A stretch of 64,000 nucleotides of DNA, taken from the NCBI GenBank assembly GCA_965112155.1, contig OZ218103.1; one strand, given 5' to 3'. Below, piece after piece: positions 36,993 to 50,344 of this stretch (positions within the stretch are counted from its first letter, which is position 1; each line of letters opens with the position of its first letter). A program made the position numbers and the translations under genes. The notes beneath the pieces are model-generated. The model saw only the letters and a list, made by a program, of their open reading frames with translations, had not been told where the DNA came from and made no database searches. This stretch comes from Podarcis liolepis. Its lineage: Eukaryota.

Positions 36993-39337
36993 CTGGGAAT
37001 TCATTCTTGCCCTCCTTGTACCTGTCACACAGCAATGCCAGTCGTGGCAGACAAATTAAGAAAAGAGAGCACCATTTCACTTTCTTAGCACAGAGCAGGC
37101 TCTAAATCCTCCAGATCTCTATTACCAAGGAGATTGCTATGACTAACATATGCTTTCACAAATAGCTTTGATAATCATCACATCACTAACAATGGAATGC
37201 GCCTAGGCTATCTTAGCTGAGATTCTAGCACCCCCTACAGTTTGTCCCTTAATTAGCAGTTTATCACTTTTGTTCTCTTGTGTTATGGTAATTTTAAAAT
37301 GCAATATTAAAAACAGTTTGAAGCAAATTGTTGTTTTTTAAAATGTTGCAGAGATTTTCCTTAGATACTGTACACCATGATGTGCTTCTTTGGATAGACA
37401 TGGTATTTTTTCAGTTAAAGTTGTGAGGTTTTTCCATAGACATGGCTCTGAAGCCTTAATGTGCTTCGGATTTCCTTTAAGGCATTTGCCCTTTTTAACA
37501 GATCCTTGTCCCTTGTCCTTAAATCTTGACGATCTCTCTCCCCAGACAATGTATGATGCTGATGTTGTCCTCTCTTCGGTCACATGCAGGCCTGCAGCAC
37601 CAATCTACACCCTGGAAAAGAGAACAAACCAGTACAGCACTATAGTAACAGAGGACTGTGAGACTTATTTCTTCTGACTTTTCTAATTCTGACTTTAGGT
37701 TTACGAGAGTTCTAACACCTCTTTAAAAGCTCTCAAGTTGGCAGTCATTGAAGGCCGCTCAGTGGTGTGGGTGGCTTTCCTACTTTTCAATGTATTAGTA
37801 CTCTCTTCTTAATCACCCCTCGTTCCCCTTGTCTGCTACTGTCTGCCATACTGTTCTGTGGCTATTCTGTGGTTTAATAATAAGCTGTTCACTGATTTAA
37901 CAATGCTAAGCTGTGTTCAATAGATCCTAGTTAACCCACTGATCAGTGGCCTACCCTCTGAGACAGTCAGTTGATGGATGACAAGAATTCTTCAATTAGT
38001 GTGTTCTTAATAAGCCAACTAGCCCTGCTGCAAAGGCCAATCAAGTTAGGAATTATACAAAGTAGACTTCAGGAACTGTCTTACCAGCAGCATCAGGCTA
38101 AAAAAAAGCCTGAAGCCCAATGATGAAGCACATTCTAGTGGCCATTAACATTTAAGTTACAGAATTCACTATGTTCTGCTTATTGGCTAGACTATCAGAA
38201 TCTTAAATTTGCCTGCAACTGGGAAACAGGCTATTCTTCTCTAATGTTTGCTCATGTAGAAGGGCATGTAGCTGAAATTTTGTTTTCTAGTCTCTCCCTC
38301 ACAAAAAAGCACCTGAAGGTAGGAAGAAAAGCTTGGGTATTTAAAGTTAATAATTAATTTCATTTGTTTAATTAAGTGAATGCATTTGTTTAAAATTAAT
38401 ATTTGTTTTATTATTCTGTGCATGGATACAGAACACTTGCAGGCACACCAGGGATTGGCCCATAGCATTGTATGTTTCCAACAGTGGGAGGAAAAATGCA
38501 GATTATTCCTTTGCCACTCCTGATTACTTCCCTGCCTTGGAGCTTCCCATGGGCCACATGGCAGAGTAGTGGTGGTGGTGGTGAGAGCAAAGCCTGGTGA
38601 ATGCCTTAGTACTCTCTTCTTCACTGCTCATGGCAGCTGCAGTGGCACCAGCAGAATTATGACAATGATGCCACCTGCCACCATTGCAGGGTCAGATTGG
38701 ACCTGGGTCAAAGATGATGGGACAAGAAGATGACATGCTGGATGGACTAGCTCTTCCTGTTTGTTGCCCCATTTTCTATTGGTCCAGATTGTCTCTGCTG
38801 CCAAAGTGCTCTCCAACCATCAGACACTGTTGGCTATTTGCAGTATGGTAGCGCTGCAGAGCTTGCTGGGGAGACCATGCATTAAAAAGGGACTCAAAAA
38901 TAACTTAAACAAGGTTTTAATAAGAAAAACAAAAACTCCATTTACACTAATACATCAACAAACCAGACCCAACCACCAACCCGTCCCCCAGGGTAATGGG
39001 AGAGCTAGGTGCTGCTCCTTATATACTACACCCAATTGCTGACACAGCTTAATCAATACAACTCAGCAGCACCTGCTATGTTTCACAGCTGTAAAGCTAG
39101 GTCTCGTTATTTTGCTCTGGCCCTTGCTCTGGCCCCTTAAAGACATACACATCGAGTGGAACAATGATGAACCTTTACATTTAAAGAAACCATTCAACAG
39201 ACACATGTTAGCCAGAACTAACACAGTGCAGAACTGGCGCAGCAGCCACAATTTCAGGTCCCAGGAAGAAGTCTTGTATGTGTTGAGTGTGCGCGTGCAT
39301 GCGTACGTGTACATACATACATATGAACAAAAGGGTA

Positions 39338-39578
39338 CAGTGGTACCTCTGGTTACAAACTTAATTCATTCCGGAGGTCTGTTCTTAACCCGAAACCGTT
39401 CTTAACCTGAGGCGTGCTTTCGCTAATGGGGCCTCCTGCTGCCACCACACCGCCTGCGCGCAATTTCTGTTCTCATATTGGGGCAAAGTTTTCAACCCGA
39501 GGTACTATTTCCGGGTTAGCGGAGTTTGTAACCCAAAGTGTTTGTAACTCGAAGCATTTGTAACCCGAGGTACCACTA
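39338..39578. mobile_element. Tc1/mariner (Tigger-like) MITE
   Basis: TA TSDs. TIRs cagtggtacctctggttaca / tgtaacccgaggtaccacta. Confidence 0.88.
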
Positions 39579-39934
39579 TATGCTGTTCATGCTCCCATGT
39601 CCCTGACTGTTGGTCATGCTGGCTGGACCTGATGGGAGTAGAAGACCACAACATCTGGAGGACACCAGGTTACAGATTGTTAGCCTAGTGTATTCTTCTA
39701 CCTTGAGTCCCCAGATGTTGATGGTCTACCATTTCCATCATCTTTGTCCATTGGATAAACTAGGTGGGAATAATGAGAGCTGTAGACCAATAACATAAGG
39801 GGATCTAAGATTGTAGAAGCCCTGCTGTGTTTTGAGTTGTGGCCATGCTAATATTGGGCTTTCCTGTGGCATCTACAACTAACTTCCATAGGAAAGGAGC
39901 ACAGACAATGGGCACTCTACTCAAGCCTTCTTGT

Positions 39935-40222
39935 TGTCTAATTGGCTCTGTCTGCTTACCCAAATGTCAGCTTTTGCCATGACGTCATTCATTGGCTAAA
40001 AGCAATGAAGGGCAGGAGTAGCATAACGTCCAAACTTATGGAAACTCAGAACTGTGACGCACATCTTCCATGATGCAATCCCAGGAGAATCACATGACCC
40101 ACACCTTGATGTCACCATGAAAAGAAGCGTGTGTTTTTTTCAAAGTGAGAGTGCAGTGTGAGAGTGTGGCATCCAAAATGGCTGACGCAATCTCATGGGA
40201 AAAGAACAGGGCACAGGTATGG
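39935..40222. promoter_or_regulatory. Candidate non-CpG-island promoter/enhancer rich in bZIP, CCAAT and YY1 motifs
   Basis: CRE ATGACGTCAT 39979-39988; ATTGG at 39941 and 39991; TGATGCAAT 40071; TCACATGA 40090; TGATGTCA 40107; CAAAATGGC 40174; TGACGCAAT 40183. Motif evidence only. Confidence 0.35.
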
Positions 40223-40762
40223 AGTAGGCTATTTTTCTTCAGAGAACAAATGAGGAGCATTGTGGCTGCACATTTTGCCTCAAATCTCTATTTCCACCTG
40301 TGTTGGAAACTTACATTGATTAAAAAGAAAGATGGGAATTTGGGGGCTTATGACTCAGCCAGGAGTAATGCACACTCACCACAGACTGAAGATCTGAAAG
40401 GGGCTGTATTGTGATCTAAATGGCTGAGTGACAATTACTTCAAAACAAACTATTTTTTGAGCCCAGGATGGAGTCAAGGAAGCTCAGCACCACCATCAAA
40501 ACACAACAGTCTGAATCAATTCAAGCTTTAAAATGAGCTTATTTTCCATGGTGAATTTTTGCTCGGTTCCTCTCAGCAGTTTTCACCATTATGGCTGCAG
40601 TCCCAATGAAAGTAGTCCAGACTGCATAGTGTTGCTGTCACAGCAACTGCTCTCAAAGAGCTTTGCACAGAATTCAGCACATTGCTGCTGCTCCAAAAGA
40701 CAAGTGCTAAATAACAGTAGCAACAGGCATGAGGGCACATGATGCAGCTGTCTTGCTGATGG

Positions 40763-40884
40763 TAAGCAGGCTTCTGCCTGGTCAGTACTTGGATGGGTAG
40801 CTATCTGGGAACCCCATGTATGCTGCCTTGACTTCCAGGATGAAAGGAAGGAAGGCAAGATATAAATCTACTAAATAAATAATA
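40763..40884 (+). mobile_element. 5S rRNA-derived SINE-like fragment
   Basis: taagcaggcttctgcctggtcagtacttggatgggtagctatctgggaa resembles the 5S rRNA internal control region. It is followed by a tail aaggcaagatataaat...aaataaataata. Confidence 0.65.
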
Positions 40885-40938
40885 GGGGTAATATTGCCGA
40901 CCAGATATACCAGGATATTGCCGACCAGATATACCAGG

Positions 40939-41435
40939 ATAGCAGCCTGCAGCCCGAGGCCCAGGGAGCGAGGCGCTGCGCACCCCAGGGTTTGGGCAGC
41001 TATCCGCAAGCCTTCGGAGCCCGGCGGGAGTTCCCGCCGGGCTTCCAAGACTTGTGGATAGCAGGGAGCAGCCCAAATCCCGGGGAGCACAGCGTTGCAC
41101 ACCCCGGGTTTGGACAGCTATCCGCAACCCTTCGGAGCCCGGCAGGAGTTCCTGCCGGGTTCAGAAGGCTTGCATTTAGCAGCAAGCTCCAGGAGCGAAG
41201 GTGAGGTCAGGCGCAACCTCGCCCCCGCACCCGGACTCGTTCTGAGCTTCCCCCGCCCCAGCCCCATGGCTAAAATGGAGGCCAAGACAGTGAGCGGGAT
41301 GGATCCTGCTGGCTGTCTTGGCTTCTTTGCTCTTTGGGGCTGGAGTGGAAATATTTTTTTTCTTCATTCCCCCCCCCCAAAAAAAAACTGGGTGCGCTCT
41401 ATGGTCTGGTGCCCCCTATAGAGCGAAAAATACGG
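40939..41435. mobile_element. Right portion of a GC-rich Tc1/mariner-pogo-type non-autonomous element
   Basis: Ends ctatagagcgaaaaatacgg followed by TA. No matching left TIR. Internal ~120-bp tandem units with long inverted repeats. Confidence 0.7.
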
Positions 41436-44400
41436 TAAATCAGGGAAAGGACAAAGTACCTGTTTTACTCTCAGTATAACCAGGAGCTAAATATATAATT
41501 TTCCTCTCCTCTCTTCCTCTCACTTCATTATGTAAAATAGGATTTCCCCATTATCTATTAAGGAAAGCCTATGTGATAATCTCATTAATCACAAAAGACT
41601 TCAAGGAAGGAGCATGAGACTAGATAAGACCAGCACAAAATTAACCTCATCCATGAACTGGTTGTCACTGCTGTGTTTGTGTTGTGGTGATGCCAATAGT
41701 GTGTCTTCTAGTCGCATCTATAATTTTCATAGGGAAGTAAAATTTAATAAATGATTCACTTTTATATTATTGCGAAAACTGAAGCAATAGCAACACCTAC
41801 CACAAGGGGGAAACATTGTGCCATGTAATCCATATTCTAAAACTATAGATATAAATTGAGACACTTGTAGAATTATAATGCAAAGTAACTTGATTCTTGC
41901 CTCCTGCACTAATGTGTGGATCAGAACATAATTGTCCTTTGGATTTCACACTTTTCCCAGTGTTATGATATAGTTCTTGGCAAGAAACAAAACAAAAACA
42001 AAACAACACCAAAATGCATTAAAATGCATATTTTATGGTAAAATACACTTAGAAGTACATTCACTGAGATAAAGTACATATTTAAAATAATATTTGTGAT
42101 AAAATGCATAATTAAATAGATGTTTAGGAATTCTCATGCCATTTTTTTTTAATCAGATACATGCAGAAATAAGACCTAAAGGGCTTTTGAAGGAATACAA
42201 GTGAAATTCACTGGAAAATATGTGGACTAGAAATATATAGATTCATCCATCCCTAAGTATCAAAGGCTGAAATAACTTGTGTTCTGAAAATGAAGCCTGG
42301 GTGAATAGTAAAATGTTCCCTTCTTCAATTTAGTGTGTTCAAGTTCACTATTCTCTTGGTAGCACTAAGAAGATCATTCTGTCTGCATAAGCATTTCTGT
42401 TTGCCCAACAAAACAAGCTACCACCTCCCCTCTCCCCACCGTATTTTCAGGGTTCAGCTGGCACTCCCAAGAGGACTTGGGAAGGGAAAGGAGAAGCCCA
42501 CCACACTCGTAGGAATAATTGCACTGGCTTCTGCTAATGCAACAATTTAGCTGAATGTAGCCCATGGAAATTCATTGGTCAAAATACATTTCTATAGGCC
42601 TTTGTTTTGTTGGTATATAAATGATAGCCACCAGTTTCAGTAACGTCACACATTTATATTTATGGATACTAAGTAACAGACCTAATGTCCAATGTGATTG
42701 GTTGGAAGAAAGTAGGTAGGAGATTTTGGCACTGGGGCAGACAACCATATGTAGAGAGCTTATAAAAGGGGAAATAGGTAAGGCAGTGGGTTTGTATTTA
42801 CAGCAGCACATCTTTAGGGGATATGTATTGATCCCCAGTTCCTGCGCCATTCATTAAAAAAGTCAATAGATAAAAATATATTATGGGAGGGAATAAAGCA
42901 TTTCAGCAAGGAGTAAAATAATGACAAAGTGGTATGAAGAAGGGGAAAGAGAATCTAACTACCTATCAAACCACCTGGACCACTTAATGCAGTTCATTGT
43001 GACAGCTGTAACTGTGTGTTTACACAGATAGGTCTGTTCAGCCAAGGGACAAAAATGCCTGGTGGAAATAATGATCATTTATTTTTGAATGTAATGGATC
43101 CTTTTGCCTGATGGGAATTGAACAATCATGAAAATAAGGCACAAGCCATGTTGATACTGTTAACATTCACCCCTCCCAAACCATCACCCAAGGCATGTCC
43201 TAATTTATGGCCATGTTTTTACTATTTTATGGTTTTACCAAGGCTTCACATGCTCTGGTTCACTTTTTGTTATCCTAGTCCTCGACCCGTCATAGCTCCA
43301 CCACACCCAAGACTGGGGCATCATTTCCTTTTATTCTAATCCAGAGCTGCCCTTCCCTGTGCTGCAGCTTGTGGCATTTAGATCTTTCTCTAATAGTTGC
43401 ATATTATCAATAACATTTGCATCAAAATCTGCTGCTTGTAACTGCAAGATACTTGTCAATATGCTGCGGTTTAAATCTTGATGAACATTGCCAATTTTTA
43501 AAATAATCTTTAAAATATATGGAGTGGCAAACAAGCCATTTATTGAAAATTAAGGTTAAATTAAGCACCCAACATCTATCTCTGGTAATAACTGCCCATT
43601 TTTGCCAGTCAAACTGTTGATGGATGAAATATCGCCGTAATAAATCTAGTGCACGCCTTCATGTGACATCCATAAATGGGTGGAATAAATCGCAATCAGC
43701 AATCTGCACATCAAGTATGGAGAGGCTAAACTGTATGCTAAATTATGAAGCTTATGCTTTAATGATTTTTATTGGTGTTTTGTTGTGATGCTGTTTATTA
43801 TAGTTAAGTACTTTGGACAGTGAGGCATTGGAGAGCAGTCAGTGAAACCAGCCAAGTTAATGGGACTCCCTGACACCTTCCAAATGTACTGATAAATTAT
43901 TAGGGAACCTGACCAGTTAATCTCTGTCTTCCTATTTCTTGTTCTTTTTTGTCACTGTACCTTCAGAAAAAAGAGCACACCTCTTTGTTCCTTTAGCACT
44001 GACCTTTGTGGATAGACTTTGACTAAATCTGACCTCTCTGCTCTTCCTGACTTGTCCTTGTCCTTTTTTATTTGCCAGTGTCCCAGGAAGCAGTATATTT
44101 GACATATAAACAAGGGGGCTCCCCAACAAACTGTTGCATTGTATCCCTGGGTGTGAGCCTGGGGTTGGGAAAAAACAAAAATTAGCATCAAAGGCTAATC
44201 CTTGATCTAACTTGAGTCCATGTGCAAAGCTTGCTTGCTTGTTTAGAACATTTAAAAATGCAGACCAGTCACCATGCAAGTCAATGGAGCACAAGGCTTC
44301 TGCATGCAAATGAGTGCTTGATTTGCCTGGCAGGAGGCAATATTAATAGGTTGCCCTTTACTGCAGCCTGAAAGATATAGGGAACTTTTGCCTGCGAATC

Positions 44401-47378
44401 AGCTAGCCAGAGTTTCGCCTCTGAACTGCAATGTTAGCAATGGATTACTTGGCAGGACCTCTGTATGCTATTCTCTCTCATCACAGCTCTCCAATACTGC
44501 AACATGAGTGCAACAGTATACTGCAGCGCTGGTGGATGCAACTCTCTCAATCTATCCTGCAACGGGGGAGTTAAAAGCAACAGATAACTCTACAAGGTTG
44601 TTGTACCTTCTCAGCTTCAGCCCATGCTCCAGCCTACAACAGAAGCCTTAATACTTCTGGACAGTATTGTAGCCCGAACTGCAATATTCAGTGTGAACTA
44701 CAGTGCATAGCTCCATGGGTTTGTCTTCATGCATTCCCTCCCCCACCCCCACCATCAATTTAAAAGCAAATACTGCTTCTGACTCTACTTGTTGCATGAA
44801 TCAGCTGGAAGGGTGTGTGGGATGGGGTGAAGTACAAAGCAGCACAGTCAGGTGGTTTTCAACAGAGGCATCTAAAATAACTGGATGCTCTGAAGCTTTT
44901 TCTGTATCTTCTTTCCTTCCACCCACTAAAAACAGGTGGCTGGCATCCCTTACCCTGTAAATGTCAGGACTGGTTAGATGGTTTGAAATGCTCACAGGGA
45001 AGTCAAGCAATTAATTCCCCCCCTTCACACATTCTCAGGGGTCTGTCTTGTCAGACAATTCAGCTGTATCCTTAAAGAATTTCACTCCCCTTGCTGTATT
45101 TACCCCCAGGGAATAGCTAGTCTCTCAAGCGAGATTAGGATCACTGTAGGCTTCTTCCTCTTGTATAAAGCCTAAGCAAGCAGGGCTGGGGGAAGGAATC
45201 AACCTATAGATCTGAAGGCCCAGGAAGGGGACGGACAGATGGGGGAGAGTGTTTCCAGGCCTTCACATCTTTACACTGAGTTTCCTGAAATTTAGAATGT
45301 CTCTGAGGGAGACTGCAAGTACTTAAATGAACACTACCTGCTACATACCGGATGAACAAGTTTCCTAACATTTCTGGTATGGCATCTGAAGGTAACTTCA
45401 CACATACACATTCATCACTGACTGAAACATCATGATGACTTGCATGTGCGAAAATGCCAAATGGCACAAATAGATCTTTCATTTTACCTGTCATGACCTC
45501 AAACAGTATTTTTCAATTGAGGTACTTCACACATTCAGCTGTCAGTCTCTGAGTGATGAGATTTGCTTCAGCAAACGTCCTATGTCAAGTGAAATAGGGT
45601 ATACTTGTTTTCATACATTTGTATATCCAGGGATTTATTAAATTTTTATTTTCAGCTTTCAGTCCAGTGGAAATTAAATGTGAACGATGTAAACAGATTA
45701 CAATACACGTCTTGATTTTGCTAGCAGGGAATAAATAATTGTGGAAATCTTCAAAACTTTTCATTTCCCTTACAGCAAGAAAACATATTTGTAGATTTGG
45801 TTTTTGTTTGCTTTTATTTTTTATTTTTATAAATTTTAGAATTACAAATCTTAAGGCCTAAAGCAAGAAATCCTCTGCCAGTCTGATCTATTATGACCCC
45901 CTACCCACTAAGTTATGCTGCTGAAATAAAGGAAGTGGAAAGAAGGGTTCAATCAGTAGTGGTTTGGTTTTGGTACTCAAAACAAATTCCTGGGCTCAGA
46001 ATTCTTTAATTCTATGTGCATACCTTTGGCACCTGATTCTCCTTGATGGATCTTGGTGTTCTTGGTTGTTGTTGCTTTTTTTAAAAAAAGATCCTGCATG
46101 CCTGAAATCTGCTCACCCCATAACAATGATGACTTCAAAGTTGCAGCTGGGTTAGAGTTCCTGTGGAAAGAGGGGACAGCCATTGTTCCTTCAATTACAG
46201 TTTCCTACTCGTGAGACAGTCATATAATGCTTGTTTGTGGTTATGCACTAAATATCGATTCAGTGAATCAACACAGGGCAGGAATGGTGACACACAAATA
46301 CAGCCTGCAATTTCCCATATTATTTAAGTAAATGCCCCTGAAATGTTTCCTTATATTTTCTCCCTTTCACAATACTGTTTTTAAAACTAAGGAGTAGCGG
46401 AGGGGTAAGACTCCAGACAATAAAATACACTCCCTTTGTACATTTGCACACAAAGGCAATTGCTTCAAGATGCCTTTATATATGGCCAAAACTGGCCTTT
46501 AGTTCTCAGAAGCAACAGGAAGTGAACCTCTGAACAATAGCTAATCACCAAAGGTTCCCTGCCTCCCAAACAGATGCTTATCTCCTTCTCCCAGGCTACC
46601 AACTGGGGCTTCCGGAGTCAGCAGAACTCTGAGACAGATTAGTTTCTTACACACACACCAGCCACATCATGTGAGAAGTGTTCAACGGGTCTATCTTTAG
46701 AACTATTTTCCTCAAAATTTTAAAATGATTTTAAAATGCAAACCTAGATACACATGCAAAGGAAAAAGTTTTGTTGATCTCAGGGGAACCTACTTCTGCG
46801 TAAACATGTTTAGAATTGTGTTGCATAGCCTTGAAGTCCATCTGATTAAATGGAACATTTAAGTTCTGGTTAAATTTAAGGTGCTTCAGATTAAGCCAAT
46901 GCAGCAGCCTTCTTTCGAAACCCTTGGTAATGGGGAATATTTAGGGTTCTTCTCCCCCCCCCCCCAGTTCAGTTTTTAACATATCAACAGGAAAGTAACA
47001 CTTTGCACCTTAATGGAACTGTAGCAGCTGAGGTCTTAATTTGTGAATTGTTGGGACAACAATTACCCCCATTCTGACGATGTTTCCATATCAACCTCCC
47101 TGGAGATAAGATTGTTAGCACATCTCTGATGAATGAACACAAACCATAATTCATTCAGTAGTGAGTCCTGTGCCTCCTGTAATACCTACAATTAATATTA
47201 TTAATTTATTTATACAATAGCTTCCATATACACCATTTATTTGGTTTTGTTTGTTCATTTCTATACCGTAAACCTGTGTGTGGGGGGGTGTCAAGAATAT
47301 CAAATAATACCAAAATAACAAGCCACAGAGAACACGACAAATACAAGGTGCTTTACAAAGAACAAGAAGCATAGTATG

Positions 47379-47721
47379 AAGGTAAAGGGACCCCTGACCA
47401 TTAGGTCCAGTCGTGACCGATTCTGAGGTTGCGGCGCTCATCTTGCTTTAATGGCTGAGGGAGCCGGCGTACAGCTTCCGGGTCATGTGGCCAGTATGAC
47501 TAAGCCGCTTCTGGCAAACCAGAGCAGCACACGGAAACGCCGTTTACCTTCCCACTGGAGCGGTTCCTATTTATCTACTTGCACTTTGACATGCTTTCAA
47601 ACTGCTAGGTTGGCAGGAGCAGGGACCGAACAACGGGAGCTTACCCCGTTGCGGGGATTCGAACTGCTGACCTTCTGATTGGCAAGTCCTAGGCTCTGTG
47701 GTTTAACCCACAGCACCACCT
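47379..47721 (-). mobile_element. Sauria SINE (Squam1) with an undeleted body
   Basis: Reverse complement of the 4855 family. TSD gcatagtat at 47369-47377 and 47722-47730. Confidence 0.92.
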
Positions 47722-47999
47722 GCATAGTATAGGAACTGCTTAACTATTTGGAAGGTGTCTACGTCTACTGTGCTAATTGAAAAGCAGACATGGTTTCTCT
47801 GACTCCTGATAATTGGGTTATCTCAGGCAAATTGAGCACAACATTCCAGTTTTCTAGCTAGTACGGGAGCTGCTTAACTGTTTGGGGGATGTCCATGTCC
47901 TCTGCTTTGGGAACCTGTTTTCAGGGCCTTCTAGTAGTCAGTTTGCCCTGAACAAGATTTCAGCTTCCTAGTGGGTGTGCAAGTACCGTAAACATTTGC

Positions 48000-48595
48000 A
48001 GAGCTGAGTAGAGCGCATGCTTCATGTGCAGAAGGTCCCAAGTTCAACCCCCAGCATCTCCAGGTAGGGCTGATGTAGATCCCAGCCTGGAGAGCGGCTG
48101 CCAGTCAGTGCAAAGGGATAGTGTGGGGTTGCCATTGTCCTTGGAACATTTTCTGGAGGGGGAAAACGACCAGGCACCCCCATAACAGACTCCCATCAGA
48201 TCCTGGCTTTGGCATGCAAGGGAGCTGTCAAGGCAGCTTTTTCGCATCCAGCCGCAGCTCCGCTTCTGCTCGACTCTGCTTTAGCTCCACTTCTGATCCA
48301 AGGTTCAGAATGGAGAGATGGTGGCAGAGAGCTGCCGCCCTCTCCTTGGCTAGGCTGCACCGTGCGCAACTCCACAACAGTGGAGAGAGGCTGCCGACCG
48401 TGGCAGCTCCATCCCTGTGTCAAGCCTGACCTGTGTGTGGAGTGATGCTGCAGAGTGCTTCCTCGCACCCAGCCCTGTAGCCCTAGCAGAGAGAGGAGAG
48501 TGGGTGCTGCGTTTCCTTATGGTCTACCACTGAGTCAGCGTAACCAATACTGAGATAGATACACATATATCAACAGTCTGATATGTACCTATATC
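48000..48595 (+). mobile_element. Squam2-like tRNA SINE split by a ~420-bp hAT-like insertion (48111-48532)
   Basis: Head agagcgcatgcttcatgtgcagaaggtcccaagttcaacccccagcatctccaggtagggctg. The body resumes at caatactgagatagat. The insert is flanked by agtcagtg / agtcagcg (8 bp). Confidence 0.7.
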
Positions 48596-50344
48596 CCTGC
48601 CTTTGGGTATTATATATGCTGTGTTTTTATGTCTATAGCTTTTGGAGTTACATTTATACCAACTTTCTGTGTTCTAGGCAGTGTGGAAGTACTGTACTGT
48701 AACCATTTGAGAGAGGGAGTAACCTTCTTGCTCCTTAGTTCCAGGTGTCATAGCTAATAGTTATGTTTGCATGTATACATACTGAACTTTCTTATGGAGT
48801 GAATCAGAACGAAGTGTCACGTTTGTATGGTAAGCAAGGACTGCTGTTGCTGCCTAAGATTTTTATGGAGAATGTTGCAAGGGATTTAGCTTGAGTTCAG
48901 ATACAGCTTCCTTTGTTCCAGCGCAAGTGGGAAGTCACCACCACCAATCCTTTCCTTCTACAACCCTTTTTCTTCCCACACTGCTGGGAGCATTTTGTGT
49001 GTTTGAAAGAACATTACTGCAAAGTTGAGCAATTCACACCTCCTTTCTCAGTTTCTTTCAGGCAGTCCTTGCTGGCTGGTCATCCCTCTCCTTCAAGTCT
49101 TGCTGTAGTCAGTTTTAGTCTTAAAACAAATCTTTAGAAAACTATATTCATTGAAATGTAAGGAGCAGTGTACCAAGCTTTTACCTACCTTCACTTATTC
49201 ATTTTTGTACAATAAGCTGCTTTTACCTAATTCACATAAGAATTACATGAGAAATATTTTGAAAAATGGTCTTTCTAATCTCTTTTTCACTGTTCTTTAC
49301 AATATCCATTTGAAAGCTGCTAACTCTTGAGGCCTTGGGAGTATAATAAGGAATGTCTCCAAAGAAATGACCCTTTCTTCGTGTGGGGAAAAGATTGGGC
49401 CAAAACTATTATGCACCATCTGTCTTGCAGTATTTAGCAAAGGAACTTATAGAAAACATGTTTTCTGGCAGATAAATTCCCAACCATATGTCCATTGCAT
49501 CATTTAGTGTGAAACTAAATAGACTTTTAAATATTTGGACAAAATCCTAGTCTATTTGAATTAGTATTCAACACAAAAGCATGGGAAATCAGTTAAACCG
49601 CCTGCAAGCTCTTAGCACCCTATTACCTACCAACCATTGCTTAGTGTTTATAGAATCAGATTACTTTCTACAAAGATTTGAGGATCTCCAAGGCCAGATT
49701 AAGGTGAATGGGAGCCTGGTGCAGTTTCCAAAACAGGACCACCCCCCTTTCCAAAAAAGGGAACACATGAAATAAGTTACCACAATAAACGTTTTGTGGT
49801 ATCTTGAAGACTAACATGTTTATAATGACATAATCTTTCATGTACTACAGAAAAGAAATGAAAAACAAGGAGCAGATTATGAAGCAAGTGGAAAATCACT
49901 ATGCTGCATCTTTTTCCTTTCTCCTCTGCTTCTTGGCAAAGCAGCGAAATCTGCCTCTCAACACAACCAATACATAGGCAGGCAAGAACAAGAAAGATGG
50001 AAAGGAGCCCACCAAGTCACTTCTTCCCTCCCCCTTCCAAGGGGGCTAGGCTAGAAGTTCACTTTAAAAAGGGAAAAGAAAGCTCAGACTCTGGGCCCCC
50101 TTAGAGGTATAGGTCCGGGCAACTGTAACATGAATATTCAGCTTTGATTATTTCAGTCCATGTTTGTACTGAAAACGGCAAAATAGATTTGGCCTACACT
50201 GGAGCGTCTAACATAAAACATACTAGGTTTTTTTTATTAAAAAATTATGAGTGGTGCTGAAATTGCCTGGCAGTAGATTATGGAAAAACGGAACAAGCTG
50301 TTTTTACACAAACAAATGCACAATTAAGGATGCAATCCTATGCC

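Noticed and set aside
40483-40500. REST/NRSE site
   Set aside because: Only the left half (tcagcacc) is present.
40763-40815. 5S rRNA gene
   Set aside because: Partial and diverged, with no intact 5' end or terminator.
41020-41160. Apparent compensatory base change between the two hairpin units (cg to ca, cg to tg)
   Set aside because: Both changes are ordinary CpG deaminations, so they are not evidence of selection on RNA structure.
43331-43534. Protein-like minus-strand ORF (67 aa)
   Set aside because: No ATG start or convincing splice boundaries and no recognised homology; better treated as a non-coding conserved candidate.
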